The position numbers were made by a program, and so were the translations under genes. This document shows, in pieces, positions 9,957 to 19,765 of a stretch of DNA of 64,000 bases. The notes under the pieces are model-generated. The model searched no databases. It was given only the letters and a program-made list of their open reading frames with translations, and was not told the DNA's origin. Location: assembly GCA_963796455.1 (NCBI GenBank), contig CAWCLO010000002.1, positions 169,073-233,072 on the forward strand. Direction: 5' to 3'. This DNA is from Candidatus Sulfomarinibacteraceae bacterium. Lineage in GTDB: Bacteria > Acidobacteriota > Thermoanaerobaculia > Thermoanaerobaculales > Sulfomarinibacteraceae. Numbering within the stretch: the first letter of the stretch is position 1; every line of letters starts with the position of its first letter.

Positions 9957-11000
9957 CTAGAGGGTGTTCATCTCGGCGTTGCCGAAGTTTCGGCCGTAGA
10001 ACTTCATATAGTCGACCTTGCGCTGCAGAGCATCGATGACGACCCGACAGAAGTTGATTTTGGTCATCTTCTGAATGCTGCCGAGCCCGCCCGGGCTGAA
10101 GACATTGATCTCCATCAGCTTGTCGCCCACAACATCGAGTCCGATCAGGAACATCCCGTCCTGGACGAGCTTTGGCCGGACGATCTCGGCGATCCGCAAG
10201 GCGTCCTCGGTGACCTCCGCCGGAGCCAGTTTGCCGCCTGCGTGGATGTTGCTCCGCATGTCGTCGCCGTGGCGGACGCGCCGGAATGCGGCGTATTTGC
10301 CCTTCACCTGGAGCGGCCGCCCATTCATCATGAAAAGCCTGGTGTCGCCGTCGGCCGCGGCCGGGAGATATTCCTGCGCGATGACATAGCCGTCGCGGGA
10401 CACCGCGTCGATCATCTGGTTGAGATTCGGCAGGTCGTCCGGCCGGACCAGAAAGACGCTCGCGCCGCCCGAGCCCTGGAGTGGTTTGAGGACGATCGTG
10501 CCCATCTCCTTGGCAAAGGACTTGATCTCGTTGTTGTCGCGGGTGATCAGGGTGTGCGGCCGCACCTCCTCAGGGAAGAGCTGAAGGTAGATTTTGGATG
10601 AAGCCTTGGCCAGTCCGTTGGGGTCGTTGAGCACGATCACTCCGTGCCGCATGGCGATCCGCCCGAACTCGGTGGCGATGGTCGAGGCCCACGGTCGTTT
10701 GATGACATCATCAGACGGCACGTTTCGCAGCATCAACACATCGAGGTCGTCAACGGTGATACGGGCGGACACGGCCTTGGATCCCTGGATCTCCTTGAAG
10801 AAGGTCTCGTGGGAGCCGTAGGATTTCTTCGACACGGTCCGTGCACGGGCACGGATGAACTCGTCGGAGTCATAGGCCAGATCACCCACTCCGAATACAA
10901 ATGCCTCGTGGCCCTTGTTGATGGCTTCACAGGCGAGCCGGGTGGTCGTAAAACCGGCCTTTTCGGTCGCGATATCGTTGACCAGGAATCCTATCTTCAT
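9957..11000 (-). CDS. Glutathione-synthetase-like ATP-grasp ligase
   Basis: MKIGFLVN start; LDVLMLRNVP, VLKPLQGSGGASVF, QEYLP...GDTR, RSNIHAGG, GLDVVGDKLMEINVFSPGG. Confidence 0.88.
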   Translation of the reverse strand: MKIGFLVNDIATEKAGFTTTRLACEAINKGHEAFVFGVGDLAYDSDEFIRARARTVSKKSYGSHETFFKEIQGSKAVSARITVDDLDVLMLRNVPSDDVIKRPWASTIATEFGRIAMRHGVIVLNDPNGLAKASSKIYLQLFPEEVRPHTLITRDNNEIKSFAKEMGTIVLKPLQGSGGASVFLVRPDDLPNLNQMIDAVSRDGYVIAQEYLPAAADGDTRLFMMNGRPLQVKGKYAAFRRVRHGDDMRSNIHAGGKLAPAEVTEDALRIAEIVRPKLVQDGMFLIGLDVVGDKLMEINVFSPGGLGSIQKMTKINFCRVVIDALQRKVDYMKFYGRNFGNAEMNTL

Positions 11001-12928
11001 TTCTTTCTCCTTTGTATCAAGTCGGTGACAGACAGACCGCCGCGCGCGTTCTGCAGCCGTTTCAGCGCCTCGGGGTCGCCCATATACCGTGGTGTCAACG
11101 GTGGTTCGCGAAGGACTCCGCGCCACCGCAGTTCGCGCACGATCGGGATGTGATTGGCCGCGATCTTTCCAACAAAAAGCTGTTCCAGGTCGCCGCCGGA
11201 AGAGACATATTTCAGGATCTGGACCAGACCGCGGAGATAGACCGCGTCCTTGGTCAGACCGCCTCCCCGGTAGGTTCTCATCGTGATGGCGAATGCCGTT
11301 CGCTCGCCGAAACCGAAGCGTTCGTCGAGCTGGCGAAAGCACTCGATAAATGTCGCACCGTCGAGCATGATCCGAGCGGCGACGACCCGGGCGGCCAGAA
11401 GCCGCAACCTCGGCTTGCTGAGCCCGCCCACGAGATACTCGGAAAAAACGGCCAGGCCTTCCTGGAACGCATCGTAGCCGGCAAGCCCGGCGTAGAGATG
11501 GCGCAGTTTCTGCGCCCGCCCGTTGTGATAGGTGAGCACATGGGTCCCGACCTCGTGCTGGATCAGCGCCTCGACCCGGGAGCTCGGAACGCTGAGCCGG
11601 GTGCTGATCAGAAGGTTTCCCTGAGACACCATCAGACCGGTTATGTCGGGTCTGATTTCGACGCCTGCTCCGATCTCCGGCATCTGGAGCCGGAGGAATT
11701 CGATTTCCCGCCTCGCGCGATCGGCAAACTCGGCAGCACCCACCTTGTGACCCGAAGCCCCGTCGCGGCTTCGCGGAGGAATCGCCCGCAGGATCTCGAG
11801 AGCCAGATCGTAGAGTTCGTCCTCGACCGCCCCGTATTGCTGGATGCTTTCGTGGACGAAGCGTGCGGTGTTGCGGTCCTGCAGCATGGTGATCTGGCGT
11901 TCGATGTCGTCGAGTTTCTCCCGGAAAATCATCGCCAGTGCGGGGTCCTCGATTCGCTCGACCGGGGTCCGGTAGAGCGTGCGTTTGAGCACCAGCGGCT
12001 CCGCCGGCAGGGGCCGGTAGTGGAACGCGGGTGGTTTCTCGAATTTCTTTCGCTTGAACGCGTTCCACGCCTGTTCGACGTTGACCGGTGTCACCTGGAG
12101 CAGGAAGTCGAAGGCCTCGGCGGCATCGGCAAGCATCCGATCGACGTCCCAGACGGCTTTAACGACGGCCCGCCGGCCGAGGGCGTGAAAGTGAGGCGGC
12201 CGGTGGGTTGTTTTGCTGATGGTGAACTGGAAAAGAGCACGGCGCAGGGCGACCGTCACCTGCCGGCGGAGAATTCTGAGGATCCTGGGGAAGATTTCCA
12301 GGGTCGCGGGGTCGCGAAAGATCGGCGAGATCTCGAGACCATAGAGATAACACCCAGCCCGCTCGGCGACCTCGGGGGGTACGACCGAACGAATGCCTCT
12401 GGGCCCGATCCTGTTGGTCTTTCGGGTCGAGACCCGCGCTTTGCGTCGATCGAGCGTGACCCGGCTCAGAGCGGACTCGAACGCGTCCGTGATCGTGGTG
12501 TCCGCGGTCCGGCGCTGCGCAAGAATCTCAAAGGCCGGAACCATCTCGGCGGAAGACACCGGGCCCTCCGTTTCGTTGCCCGGACCCGCCCACAGTTCGA
12601 GGATCAAAAAGGCCCCGAACTCATCGATCATGACATCGGCAACCGTCCGTACGAGATCGGCGATCTCCGGCTGCAGCTTCTTGTCCTCGGAGCAGAGGAG
12701 ATAAGAAGCTTCGCTGGTGGCGAAACGGTAGGTGCCGGGATCGGTGGTCTTGACCGGATTTCGATAGATGCACAGGAAGGGAAGCTGGCGGTCGATGGCG
12801 ATCCGACCCCACACCGGCAGCGTCCGTCGCACACCCTTGTTTTCTCGGAGCCGCGATTCAATGGTCGCGAGCAGTCGCTTCGAAACGGTTTTCGGCCTTC
12901 GCGGCCCGGCGGATGAACCCTCGTTCAC
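10997..12928 (-). CDS. DUF1704 / QEGLA-motif zinc carboxypeptidase (MATCAP-like) with N-terminal extension
   Basis: HEVGTH (HExxxH), FQEGLA, RTYRGGGLTKDAVYLRG; 4-bp overlaps with both neighbours. Confidence 0.85.
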   Translation of the reverse strand: MNEGSSAGPRRPKTVSKRLLATIESRLRENKGVRRTLPVWGRIAIDRQLPFLCIYRNPVKTTDPGTYRFATSEASYLLCSEDKKLQPEIADLVRTVADVMIDEFGAFLILELWAGPGNETEGPVSSAEMVPAFEILAQRRTADTTITDAFESALSRVTLDRRKARVSTRKTNRIGPRGIRSVVPPEVAERAGCYLYGLEISPIFRDPATLEIFPRILRILRRQVTVALRRALFQFTISKTTHRPPHFHALGRRAVVKAVWDVDRMLADAAEAFDFLLQVTPVNVEQAWNAFKRKKFEKPPAFHYRPLPAEPLVLKRTLYRTPVERIEDPALAMIFREKLDDIERQITMLQDRNTARFVHESIQQYGAVEDELYDLALEILRAIPPRSRDGASGHKVGAAEFADRARREIEFLRLQMPEIGAGVEIRPDITGLMVSQGNLLISTRLSVPSSRVEALIQHEVGTHVLTYHNGRAQKLRHLYAGLAGYDAFQEGLAVFSEYLVGGLSKPRLRLLAARVVAARIMLDGATFIECFRQLDERFGFGERTAFAITMRTYRGGGLTKDAVYLRGLVQILKYVSSGGDLEQLFVGKIAANHIPIVRELRWRGVLREPPLTPRYMGDPEALKRLQNARGGLSVTDLIQRRKK

Positions 12929-13710
12929 AGCTTTTCGAGCTCGTCGAGGACGCCGGGAACCGTCGATTCGAGCGCCCGGCCGACCGCATTTGCCAGTGCC
13001 TGATCGGCCACTCCGGTCCATTCGTCCATAAAGAACTTCTTGACCTCGATCGACAGCACACATGCCGACTGCGGAAAGGTCTGATGTGCCCACCGGCCGT
13101 GGTTACCGCCTCGAAAACGGATGTTTTCGCGCACGTCGAGAGCACCGCCTGGAAAATCGTAGGCTCCGAGATCGGCCATGAAGCGATCGATGACCGGAGC
13201 CCATGCGCTGCGGTCGGCGATCGTTCCGGTTCCGACATTGACCTGCGGGTTCGCCAGCGGATCGGCCTCGGGGCCGCCGGGCCCATCCCGCCGGTGATTG
13301 TAGGTGTGGAGATCGAACACGACAAAACGGCCGTATCGTGCGGCCAGATCGGAATAGAGTTCCTGGAGGGCAGCGTAGAAAGCATCGTATTCGGCCACCG
13401 ATTTCTCGGCAACTTCCAAGGGAACTTCGCCGTGCCAGACCTCGAGCCCCCACGCGTCGTCCGGAGTCAGATAAACAGCCTTTTCACGGGGGCGATTGAG
13501 ATCGACCTCGAATCGCGACCGCAGCCCGATGACCCGGGTCGGCGCGACGATTGTCCAGCCGCCTGTCCATGGATCCTCCTCGCGCAAACGACCGGCCTCG
13601 TCGAGCGCCATGAGGCGCAGGGCGTCGGCGCGCACCTCGTGCCCATCGTGGATCGCTGTCGCCACGAGAGGCCCGTCACCCTTTTCCATCACCCAAATTC
13701 GGTCCGCCAT
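12925..13710 (-). CDS. N-formylglutamate amidohydrolase family protein
   Basis: ATAIHDGH, RLREEDPWT, SRFEVDLNRP, FDLHTYNHRR, ENIRFRGG, IEVKKFFMDEWTG. Confidence 0.88.
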   Translation of the reverse strand: MADRIWVMEKGDGPLVATAIHDGHEVRADALRLMALDEAGRLREEDPWTGGWTIVAPTRVIGLRSRFEVDLNRPREKAVYLTPDDAWGLEVWHGEVPLEVAEKSVAEYDAFYAALQELYSDLAARYGRFVVFDLHTYNHRRDGPGGPEADPLANPQVNVGTGTIADRSAWAPVIDRFMADLGAYDFPGGALDVRENIRFRGGNHGRWAHQTFPQSACVLSIEVKKFFMDEWTGVADQALANAVGRALESTVPGVLDELEKL

Positions 13711-13868
13711 CGGTCCCTCTTTCATGTGTGATTTCCGGGATCCTGCAGTGTAGCAGTTATCTTGCCGGATGATTCTCCTGCCGCGAAATTTTTTTTTGTG
13801 AGGATTCAGCCGCCCTCGGGATAGGGCACCACCGGGCATAATCCGTCCTCCTGAGGTATCGTGATGGG

Positions 13869-16175
13869 ATGAATCCGTCAGGGCTGACCAGGTTGTTTTC
13901 ATCTCCGTCCGGCGAAAGCTCGCAGAGTCCAAAGCTCGGCACCTTTGTCGGTGTGTTCACGCCGACGATCCTGACGATCCTCGGCGTCATCATGTACCTC
14001 CGTTTCGGCTGGTTGGTCGGACACCTCGGTCTGATACGCGTGGTCCTTGTCGTCGCGCTGGCCAACGCCATCACCTTCATCACAACCCTCGCGTTTTCGG
14101 CGGTGGCGACCAACGCCAGGGTAGGCGTCGGCGGCGCCTACTTCATCATTTCGCGTAGTCTTGGCCTCGAACTCGGCGGTGCCATCGGGGTTCCGCTCTT
14201 TCTTTCGCAGGCCTTTTCCGTGACCCTGTACGCCTACGGTCTCGCCGAATCGTTTCGGTTCGTGTGGCCGGGGTTGCCGTTGTTGCCGGTGACGTTGGTG
14301 GTCGTGATCGCGGTCGGGATTCTGGCCATGACCGGCGCCGAACGCGCGCTCCGGGCGCAGGTCGTGCTGATGGGTTTCGTAGGGTTGTCGCTGATTGCTC
14401 TGACGATCGGTGCCTTGGCGCGCTCCTCCGAATCGACGGTTGTGCTTCACCCCCCTACCGGCGACGTCGGATTCTGGGTCGGTTTCGCGGTTTTCTTTCC
14501 CGCCGTCACCGGGGTGATGGCGGGGCTCGGGTTGTCCGGGGATTTGCGCGATCCAGGTAAAGCGATCCCGCTCGGGTCGATCGCGGCGGTGGCGACCGGT
14601 TTCCTCGTGTACCTTCTGATTCCACTTCTTCTTTCCATCGGTGCGGATCCCTCCGATCTGCGCGATGACCCGATGGTCTGGTCGAGGGTCGCCGCCTTCG
14701 GACCGTGGCTGGTGCTCCCCGGTTTGTGGTCCGCGATCTTCTCGTCCGCGGTGGGATCGATCCTGGCCGCTCCGCGAACTCTGCAGGCACTGGCCCGGGA
14801 TGGCATCGCTCCGAAATTCTTGTGGCGGCCGACGGGTGATTCACGGGAGCTGTTGCCGGGGATGGTGGTGACGTTGGCGATCGCTGTCGGTGCGGTTTTC
14901 CTCGGCAACCTCAACGCGGTGGCCGCGGTGGTTTCGATGTTTTTCCTCACGGTCTATGGCACCGTGAACATCGTTGCCGCCTTCGAGATTCTGAGCGGAG
15001 ACCCGTCGTGGCGTCCGAAGATCAACGTCCCGTGGCCGGTGACTCTGGCCGGTGGCCTCGCCTGTATGGTCGTGATGGTCCTCATCAGTCCAGTTGCGGG
15101 CCTGCTCGCCCTTGTGGCCGAGTTTTCCCTCTGGATGTACCTGTCGCGGCGAGCGCAAAAAGCGCGGTGGGGCGACGCGCGGCGCGGTCTCTACGAGGCA
15201 TTGATACGGTGGGCTCTCATCCGGCTCAACGAGCGGCCGATCAGCGCCCGCAACTGGCGGCCGCATATTCTGGCGTTTGTCGTCGACCCTCTGAAGGAAC
15301 TCGATCTCATCCGTTTTGGCGACTGGTTCAGCCAGGGACGGGGCGTTGTGACGGTCTGCAACCTGGTGGTCGGCGACCTCGCGAGTGACGAACTCGACCT
15401 GTCCAGCCGCCGCAATCGCATCAAGGAAGTGATCGACGCCGAGGATATCGTGGTCTTCCCGGAGGTCGACGCGGTCAACGATATCGTCGAGGGGATTGTC
15501 AATGTCAGCCAGGCCAACGGCATGGCGGGGATGGCGAGCAATACGGTGCTTCTCGGATGGCCGGAGTCGATCGCCCTCCGGGCCGAGTTCCTGCGCGTGA
15601 TGCGCAAGCTCGAGTTCCTCAAAAAGTCGTTCGTGTTGGGCAGGATTCGGCCCAAGTACATGTTTCGTCGGGAGAACCCGAAGATCCACGTGTGGTGGGG
15701 AGGGCTGGAGCGCAACGGCGACCTCCTGCTGCTGCTTGCGCATCTCTTGAACTCGAACGCCGAATGGCGCGGCGCGACGGTTGAGGTGATGAGTATTGCC
15801 TCCTCCGAGCTGATGAAGACACGCACCGAGACCTACCTCAAACAGCTGATGCCCGAGATCCGCATCGAGGCCGAGGTGCATGTCGTGCTCAAACCGAAGG
15901 GGGAATCGGTCACCGAGGTCATCCATCGTGAAAGCGCCGAGGCGGCGGCGGTCTTCCTCGGGCTTCAGGTGCCCGAGATCGGTGACGAGGAGGCGTATGC
16001 GGAAAGGATCGAGCGACTCGCCGGAGAATTGCCGGTGGTCTTTTTCGTCAAGAACTCGAGCCTCTTCGTCGGCGAGCTGCTAGAGACGACCGAGGCCGCT
16101 ATCGAGGACGATGAGACTGAGGAAGACGAAGCTGAAGACCCTCCAGTGCGCGACACCCTGCCGCTGCCGGAGTAG
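13869..16175 (+). CDS. Cation-chloride cotransporter (SLC12/APC superfamily)
   Basis: LGTFVGVFTPTILTILGVIMYLRFGW, FAVFFPAVTG, SGDL, NWRPHIL, cytoplasmic C-terminal domain. Confidence 0.9.
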   Translation: MNPSGLTRLFSSPSGESSQSPKLGTFVGVFTPTILTILGVIMYLRFGWLVGHLGLIRVVLVVALANAITFITTLAFSAVATNARVGVGGAYFIISRSLGLELGGAIGVPLFLSQAFSVTLYAYGLAESFRFVWPGLPLLPVTLVVVIAVGILAMTGAERALRAQVVLMGFVGLSLIALTIGALARSSESTVVLHPPTGDVGFWVGFAVFFPAVTGVMAGLGLSGDLRDPGKAIPLGSIAAVATGFLVYLLIPLLLSIGADPSDLRDDPMVWSRVAAFGPWLVLPGLWSAIFSSAVGSILAAPRTLQALARDGIAPKFLWRPTGDSRELLPGMVVTLAIAVGAVFLGNLNAVAAVVSMFFLTVYGTVNIVAAFEILSGDPSWRPKINVPWPVTLAGGLACMVVMVLISPVAGLLALVAEFSLWMYLSRRAQKARWGDARRGLYEALIRWALIRLNERPISARNWRPHILAFVVDPLKELDLIRFGDWFSQGRGVVTVCNLVVGDLASDELDLSSRRNRIKEVIDAEDIVVFPEVDAVNDIVEGIVNVSQANGMAGMASNTVLLGWPESIALRAEFLRVMRKLEFLKKSFVLGRIRPKYMFRRENPKIHVWWGGLERNGDLLLLLAHLLNSNAEWRGATVEVMSIASSELMKTRTETYLKQLMPEIRIEAEVHVVLKPKGESVTEVIHRESAEAAAVFLGLQVPEIGDEEAYAERIERLAGELPVVFFVKNSSLFVGELLETTEAAIEDDETEEDEAEDPPVRDTLPLPE

Positions 16176-16367
16176 CCCAGTTGTCTGGGGAGATGTTCGG
16201 TGGTGCCGAAAAGGAAATTCTCGTTACTCTTTGCCGCGCGCGACGACCCCGTTTTCGCGTATCCGACCCAGTGCTAATACGACAATGCGCTGGAGGGAAA
16301 GCGCCTTGCCCGTGTGGCCGTCGACCGTCTTCGTCGGTTGGATTGCCCAAAGGCTGAATCGCGCCGT

Positions 16368-17303
16368 CTAGCCTGGCAGCGATTTCGGTTTCATCAAATT
16401 GTCTTCCATCATCTTGAGCTCGTCGATGCCCGAAATGATGATTTTGGGATCGATTTGCAGCTCTTCGGCCGGCGCCTTGTCGGCGTAGTCGATCTGCGAA
16501 AGCACGTATTTTATGCAGTTGAGGCGGGCCAGCTTTTTGATATCGGATCGTACGATCGTCCACGGTGCGATGGTGCGGTTGCTCTCCGACAACATCTGAA
16601 ACTTCCTCACGGTGTACTGGTCCCAGAGTTTTTGAGCCTGCTCGTCCACCGGCGAGATCTTGTACTGCTTGAGCAGGTCGCCGTGGCGCGATTTGAAACG
16701 CCTGAGCTGTTCCTTTTTGGAAACCGAAAAATAGAACTTGAAGAGTTTGATCCCGCCCTTGACCAGCAGGCGTTCGAAAAGGGGCACGTCCTTGAGGAAT
16801 CGCTTGTTCTCCTCGTCGGTGCAAAAACCCATGACCGGTTCGACCATGGCGCGGTTGTACCAGGACCGATCGAAGAACACGATCTCACCCGCCGCCGGGA
16901 GATGCGAGACGTAGCGCTGGAAATACCACTGGGTGCGCTCCCGGTCGCTCGGTTTTTCGAGCGCGACCACACGCGCTCCACGAGGATTCATGTGTTCGGT
17001 GAAACGCTTGATGGTGCCGCCCTTTCCGGCCGCATCGCGTCCCTCGAAGAGCATCACGATCCGCATTCCGTCCGAACGGACCTTGGACTGCATCTTCATG
17101 AGCTCGATCTGGAGCTTGTGCAGTTCATTTTCATAATCGAGGGTGAATTCCTTCACCCAAATCGGCACCCGGTCGTTGTTTTCGGTCTTTTCGCTGTTTT
17201 TGAACGCCGTGTGCTCACGCAACTTGGCCCGCTTTTTTTGCGGCCCTTTTTTGACCGCAGAACCCTTGGACCGCGAGGTCTTTTTATTTGGTGCGTTTTT
17301 CAT
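16368..17303 (-). CDS. ppk2: Polyphosphate kinase 2
   Basis: FEGRDAAGKGGTIKR, FDRSWYNRA, KISPVD. Confidence 0.95.
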   Translation of the reverse strand: MKNAPNKKTSRSKGSAVKKGPQKKRAKLREHTAFKNSEKTENNDRVPIWVKEFTLDYENELHKLQIELMKMQSKVRSDGMRIVMLFEGRDAAGKGGTIKRFTEHMNPRGARVVALEKPSDRERTQWYFQRYVSHLPAAGEIVFFDRSWYNRAMVEPVMGFCTDEENKRFLKDVPLFERLLVKGGIKLFKFYFSVSKKEQLRRFKSRHGDLLKQYKISPVDEQAQKLWDQYTVRKFQMLSESNRTIAPWTIVRSDIKKLARLNCIKYVLSQIDYADKAPAEELQIDPKIIISGIDELKMMEDNLMKPKSLPG

Positions 17304-17343
17304 GGTGGTGGGGCTCGCCTCCCCGGGGTCGGCACCGCTCTGT

Positions 17344-18318
17344 TCAGCGGATGAACTTGCCGTACTTCCGTTTTTGTTTTTGCATGTTCTTGATTTCCTT
17401 GTCGCCTCGGATGACGATGTCGGGATTCGGCGAAAAATCGAGGGTCCGGCTCCGACCCGTGTACTTGATCTGTTTCAAAATGAGTTTGATGGTCTCGAGC
17501 CGGGCCAGTGCCTTGTCGTCGGAACGGATGACCCACCAGGGAGTTGCCGGTGTGTGGGTCTTTTTCAGGAGGCGATATTTCACCTTGGTGAACTCGTCCC
17601 AGAGATCCTGCGCCTGAAGATCAACCTCGCTCAGTTTCCACTGCCGGAGAGGGTCGTCTTTTCGCCTTTTGAAGCGCAACGCCTGCTCGGCCTTGGAGAC
17701 CGAGAAATAGAGCTTGATGAGAAAGGTCGTTTTGTCTGCGATGATCCGTTCCTCGTAACCGACGACCTTGTCCATAAAGCGTTTGTATTGTGCCTTGGTG
17801 CAGAAACCCATCACCGGTTCGACCAGCGCGCGGTTGTACCAGCTCCGGTCGAAGAGCACCATCTCCCCGGCGTGGGGAAGATGTTCGATATAGCGCTTCA
17901 TGTGCAGCTCGGTCCGCTGTTGGATGGTGGGCTTCCCGAGGGCGATGATCCGGTATCTCTTCTCGTTCATATAGCGCGTGACGCGGCGGATTGTGCCGCC
18001 CTTACCCGATGCGTCGCGTCCGTCGAAAAGGATGATCGCCTTTTTGTTGGTGCGTTCGAGATGTTGTTGAAGCTTGATCAATTCGGCCTGGTAGGGCTTG
18101 AGGACCTCGGATCTGAAGTACTTGATGAGAGCCGCATCGAGCACCTCTTTGCGGTCCTTTTTTTTCATGCCCTTGTGAACGGATTGGATCTGTTCGACCG
18201 TGGTCGTGGGATCGACCGTCGGTTCGATCTTCTCGATGACCGCACGGATCCTGGAGGTGGACCCCTCGGACATCTCAGGGCCTTTGATAACTTGTTTTTT
18301 CTTCGATCTGGGGGCCAC
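17344..18318 (-). CDS. ppk2: Polyphosphate kinase 2 (second paralogue)
   Basis: FDGRDASGKGGTIRR, FDRSWYNRA, WKLSEVD. Confidence 0.95.
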   Translation of the reverse strand: MAPRSKKKQVIKGPEMSEGSTSRIRAVIEKIEPTVDPTTTVEQIQSVHKGMKKKDRKEVLDAALIKYFRSEVLKPYQAELIKLQQHLERTNKKAIILFDGRDASGKGGTIRRVTRYMNEKRYRIIALGKPTIQQRTELHMKRYIEHLPHAGEMVLFDRSWYNRALVEPVMGFCTKAQYKRFMDKVVGYEERIIADKTTFLIKLYFSVSKAEQALRFKRRKDDPLRQWKLSEVDLQAQDLWDEFTKVKYRLLKKTHTPATPWWVIRSDDKALARLETIKLILKQIKYTGRSRTLDFSPNPDIVIRGDKEIKNMQKQKRKYGKFIR

Positions 18319-18457
18319 TTCGTCAACCTTCCATTGTCCTCAGGAGTCGGCCCTCAAGTATAACGAATCCGGCGCCGCGCCGGGCGCACCAGAGCCCCTC
18401 AACGGTTGACTCTCCGGGTCGATCCCCGTCCCTCGATGAGGCCGCTGAGTTCGGTGG

Positions 18458-19765
18458 CTAGAGCATCCCCGAGAGCAGGGTCGCAATTCCCAGAAAGCTG
18501 AAGAACCCGACGACGTCGGTGACTGTGGTGAGGATGATCGATGACGACTGCGCCGGGTCCTGTCGGAGAGCGGTGAGAAGCATCGGGATGGCGGCGCCGG
18601 AAAGCCCGGCGGCGACCATCGAAAGGATCATCGAAATACCGATGACCAGCGTCAGTCCCGGTGAGCGGCTCCACAGGTAGACCGCAGCGGCGGTCGAAAC
18701 TGCGACCGCGATACCGTTGAAAAAGGCGACCCGTCCTTCCTTGCTCGCAACTCTCAGCCACTGCCGAACCCGAACCTCACGCAGCGCCAGACCGCGCATG
18801 GTCACGGCCAGAGCCTGTGCGCCGGTGTTCCCGGACTGGCCGGCCACCACCGGAAGGAGGACGGCGAGGGCGGTGAAGCGCGCGATCGTGTCTTCGAACA
18901 GACCCACGACCGACGCGGCGAGGAACGCGGTCAGGAGGTTGACCTCGAGCCACGGCAGCCGTTTGCGAACCGCAAAGCTCACCGGTGAGAGCGCCCGCTC
19001 TTCGCTGCTCGCGCCGACCATGCGCTGGATATCCGCGGTCGCCTCCTGTTCGACGACGTCGAGGAGAGAACGGTTGCGGATATAGCCCACGAGACGGCCG
19101 GCAAAATCCACGACCGGGAGGGCCAGGATCTTGTGCGATTCCAACAACTCCATGACCTCCGATTGCGAACCGGTCGCCTGCACGCTGACCAGCGGGCCGG
19201 TGACGAGGTCGAGGAGCCGATCGTCCGGTTCGGCGATCGCGAGTTCCTGGAGGGTGACCCGGCCGACGTACACGCCATCCGAATCCACCACGTAGATGTT
19301 GACGATGCGCTGCTCCCGATGCCTACGGAGTTCCGCGAGGGCATCCGAGACCGACCGGTCGCCCGCCATCATGGGAACCCTCGGGTCCATGATGGCCCCG
19401 GCCGAATCGCTCGGGTAGCTGAGGAGGCTCGAGATCTCGCTCGCCGTTCTTTCCTCGAGCTGGTCGAGGATCTCCGCCCTTTCGCTCTCCTCGAGGCGGG
19501 CCAGAATCGCGGTCGAGCGGAGAGGATCGGCGGCCGCAAGAAGATCCCGTCGCGAGGCGGCGTCGAGTTCTCGAACGACCTCGGCGGCGGTACTGGTCTG
19601 CAGATGGTCGAGGAGCAGAGCGCCCGCTCGGGTCGGCAGCGAGACGACAAGTTCCGCAACCTCCTTCGGCGGTACGCGGTCGAGCTGTGCCACCGCCTCG
19701 GCAGTGAAACTGGTGATGAAATCTTCTGCCAGAAGCGAGGCCGCGCCCACGGCGTTGGTATTCAT
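18458..19765 (-). CDS. mgtE: Magnesium transporter MgtE
   Basis: N domain, CBS pair, RLPWL, GQSGNTGAQ, DPA...TTVTDVVG. Confidence 0.93.
   Translation of the reverse strand: MNTNAVGAASLLAEDFITSFTAEAVAQLDRVPPKEVAELVVSLPTRAGALLLDHLQTSTAAEVVRELDAASRRDLLAAADPLRSTAILARLEESERAEILDQLEERTASEISSLLSYPSDSAGAIMDPRVPMMAGDRSVSDALAELRRHREQRIVNIYVVDSDGVYVGRVTLQELAIAEPDDRLLDLVTGPLVSVQATGSQSEVMELLESHKILALPVVDFAGRLVGYIRNRSLLDVVEQEATADIQRMVGASSEERALSPVSFAVRKRLPWLEVNLLTAFLAASVVGLFEDTIARFTALAVLLPVVAGQSGNTGAQALAVTMRGLALREVRVRQWLRVASKEGRVAFFNGIAVAVSTAAAVYLWSRSPGLTLVIGISMILSMVAAGLSGAAIPMLLTALRQDPAQSSSIILTTVTDVVGFFSFLGIATLLSGML

Noticed and set aside
9957..11000. Assigning the symbol gshB
   Set aside because: Operon context with two hydrolases and no gshA in the window makes true glutathione synthetase function uncertain.
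11001..12068. 703-aa ORF implying a long N-terminal extension on the ATP-grasp ligase
   Set aside because: The extension is an alternate frame of the DUF1704 gene; the ligase starts at 11000 after a GGAGAAAG RBS.
11012..12916. Long antisense ORFs (also 37313-38983, 17143-18363, 46253-47596 and others)
   Set aside because: Shadow frames of well-supported genes in GC-rich DNA; no recognisable motifs.
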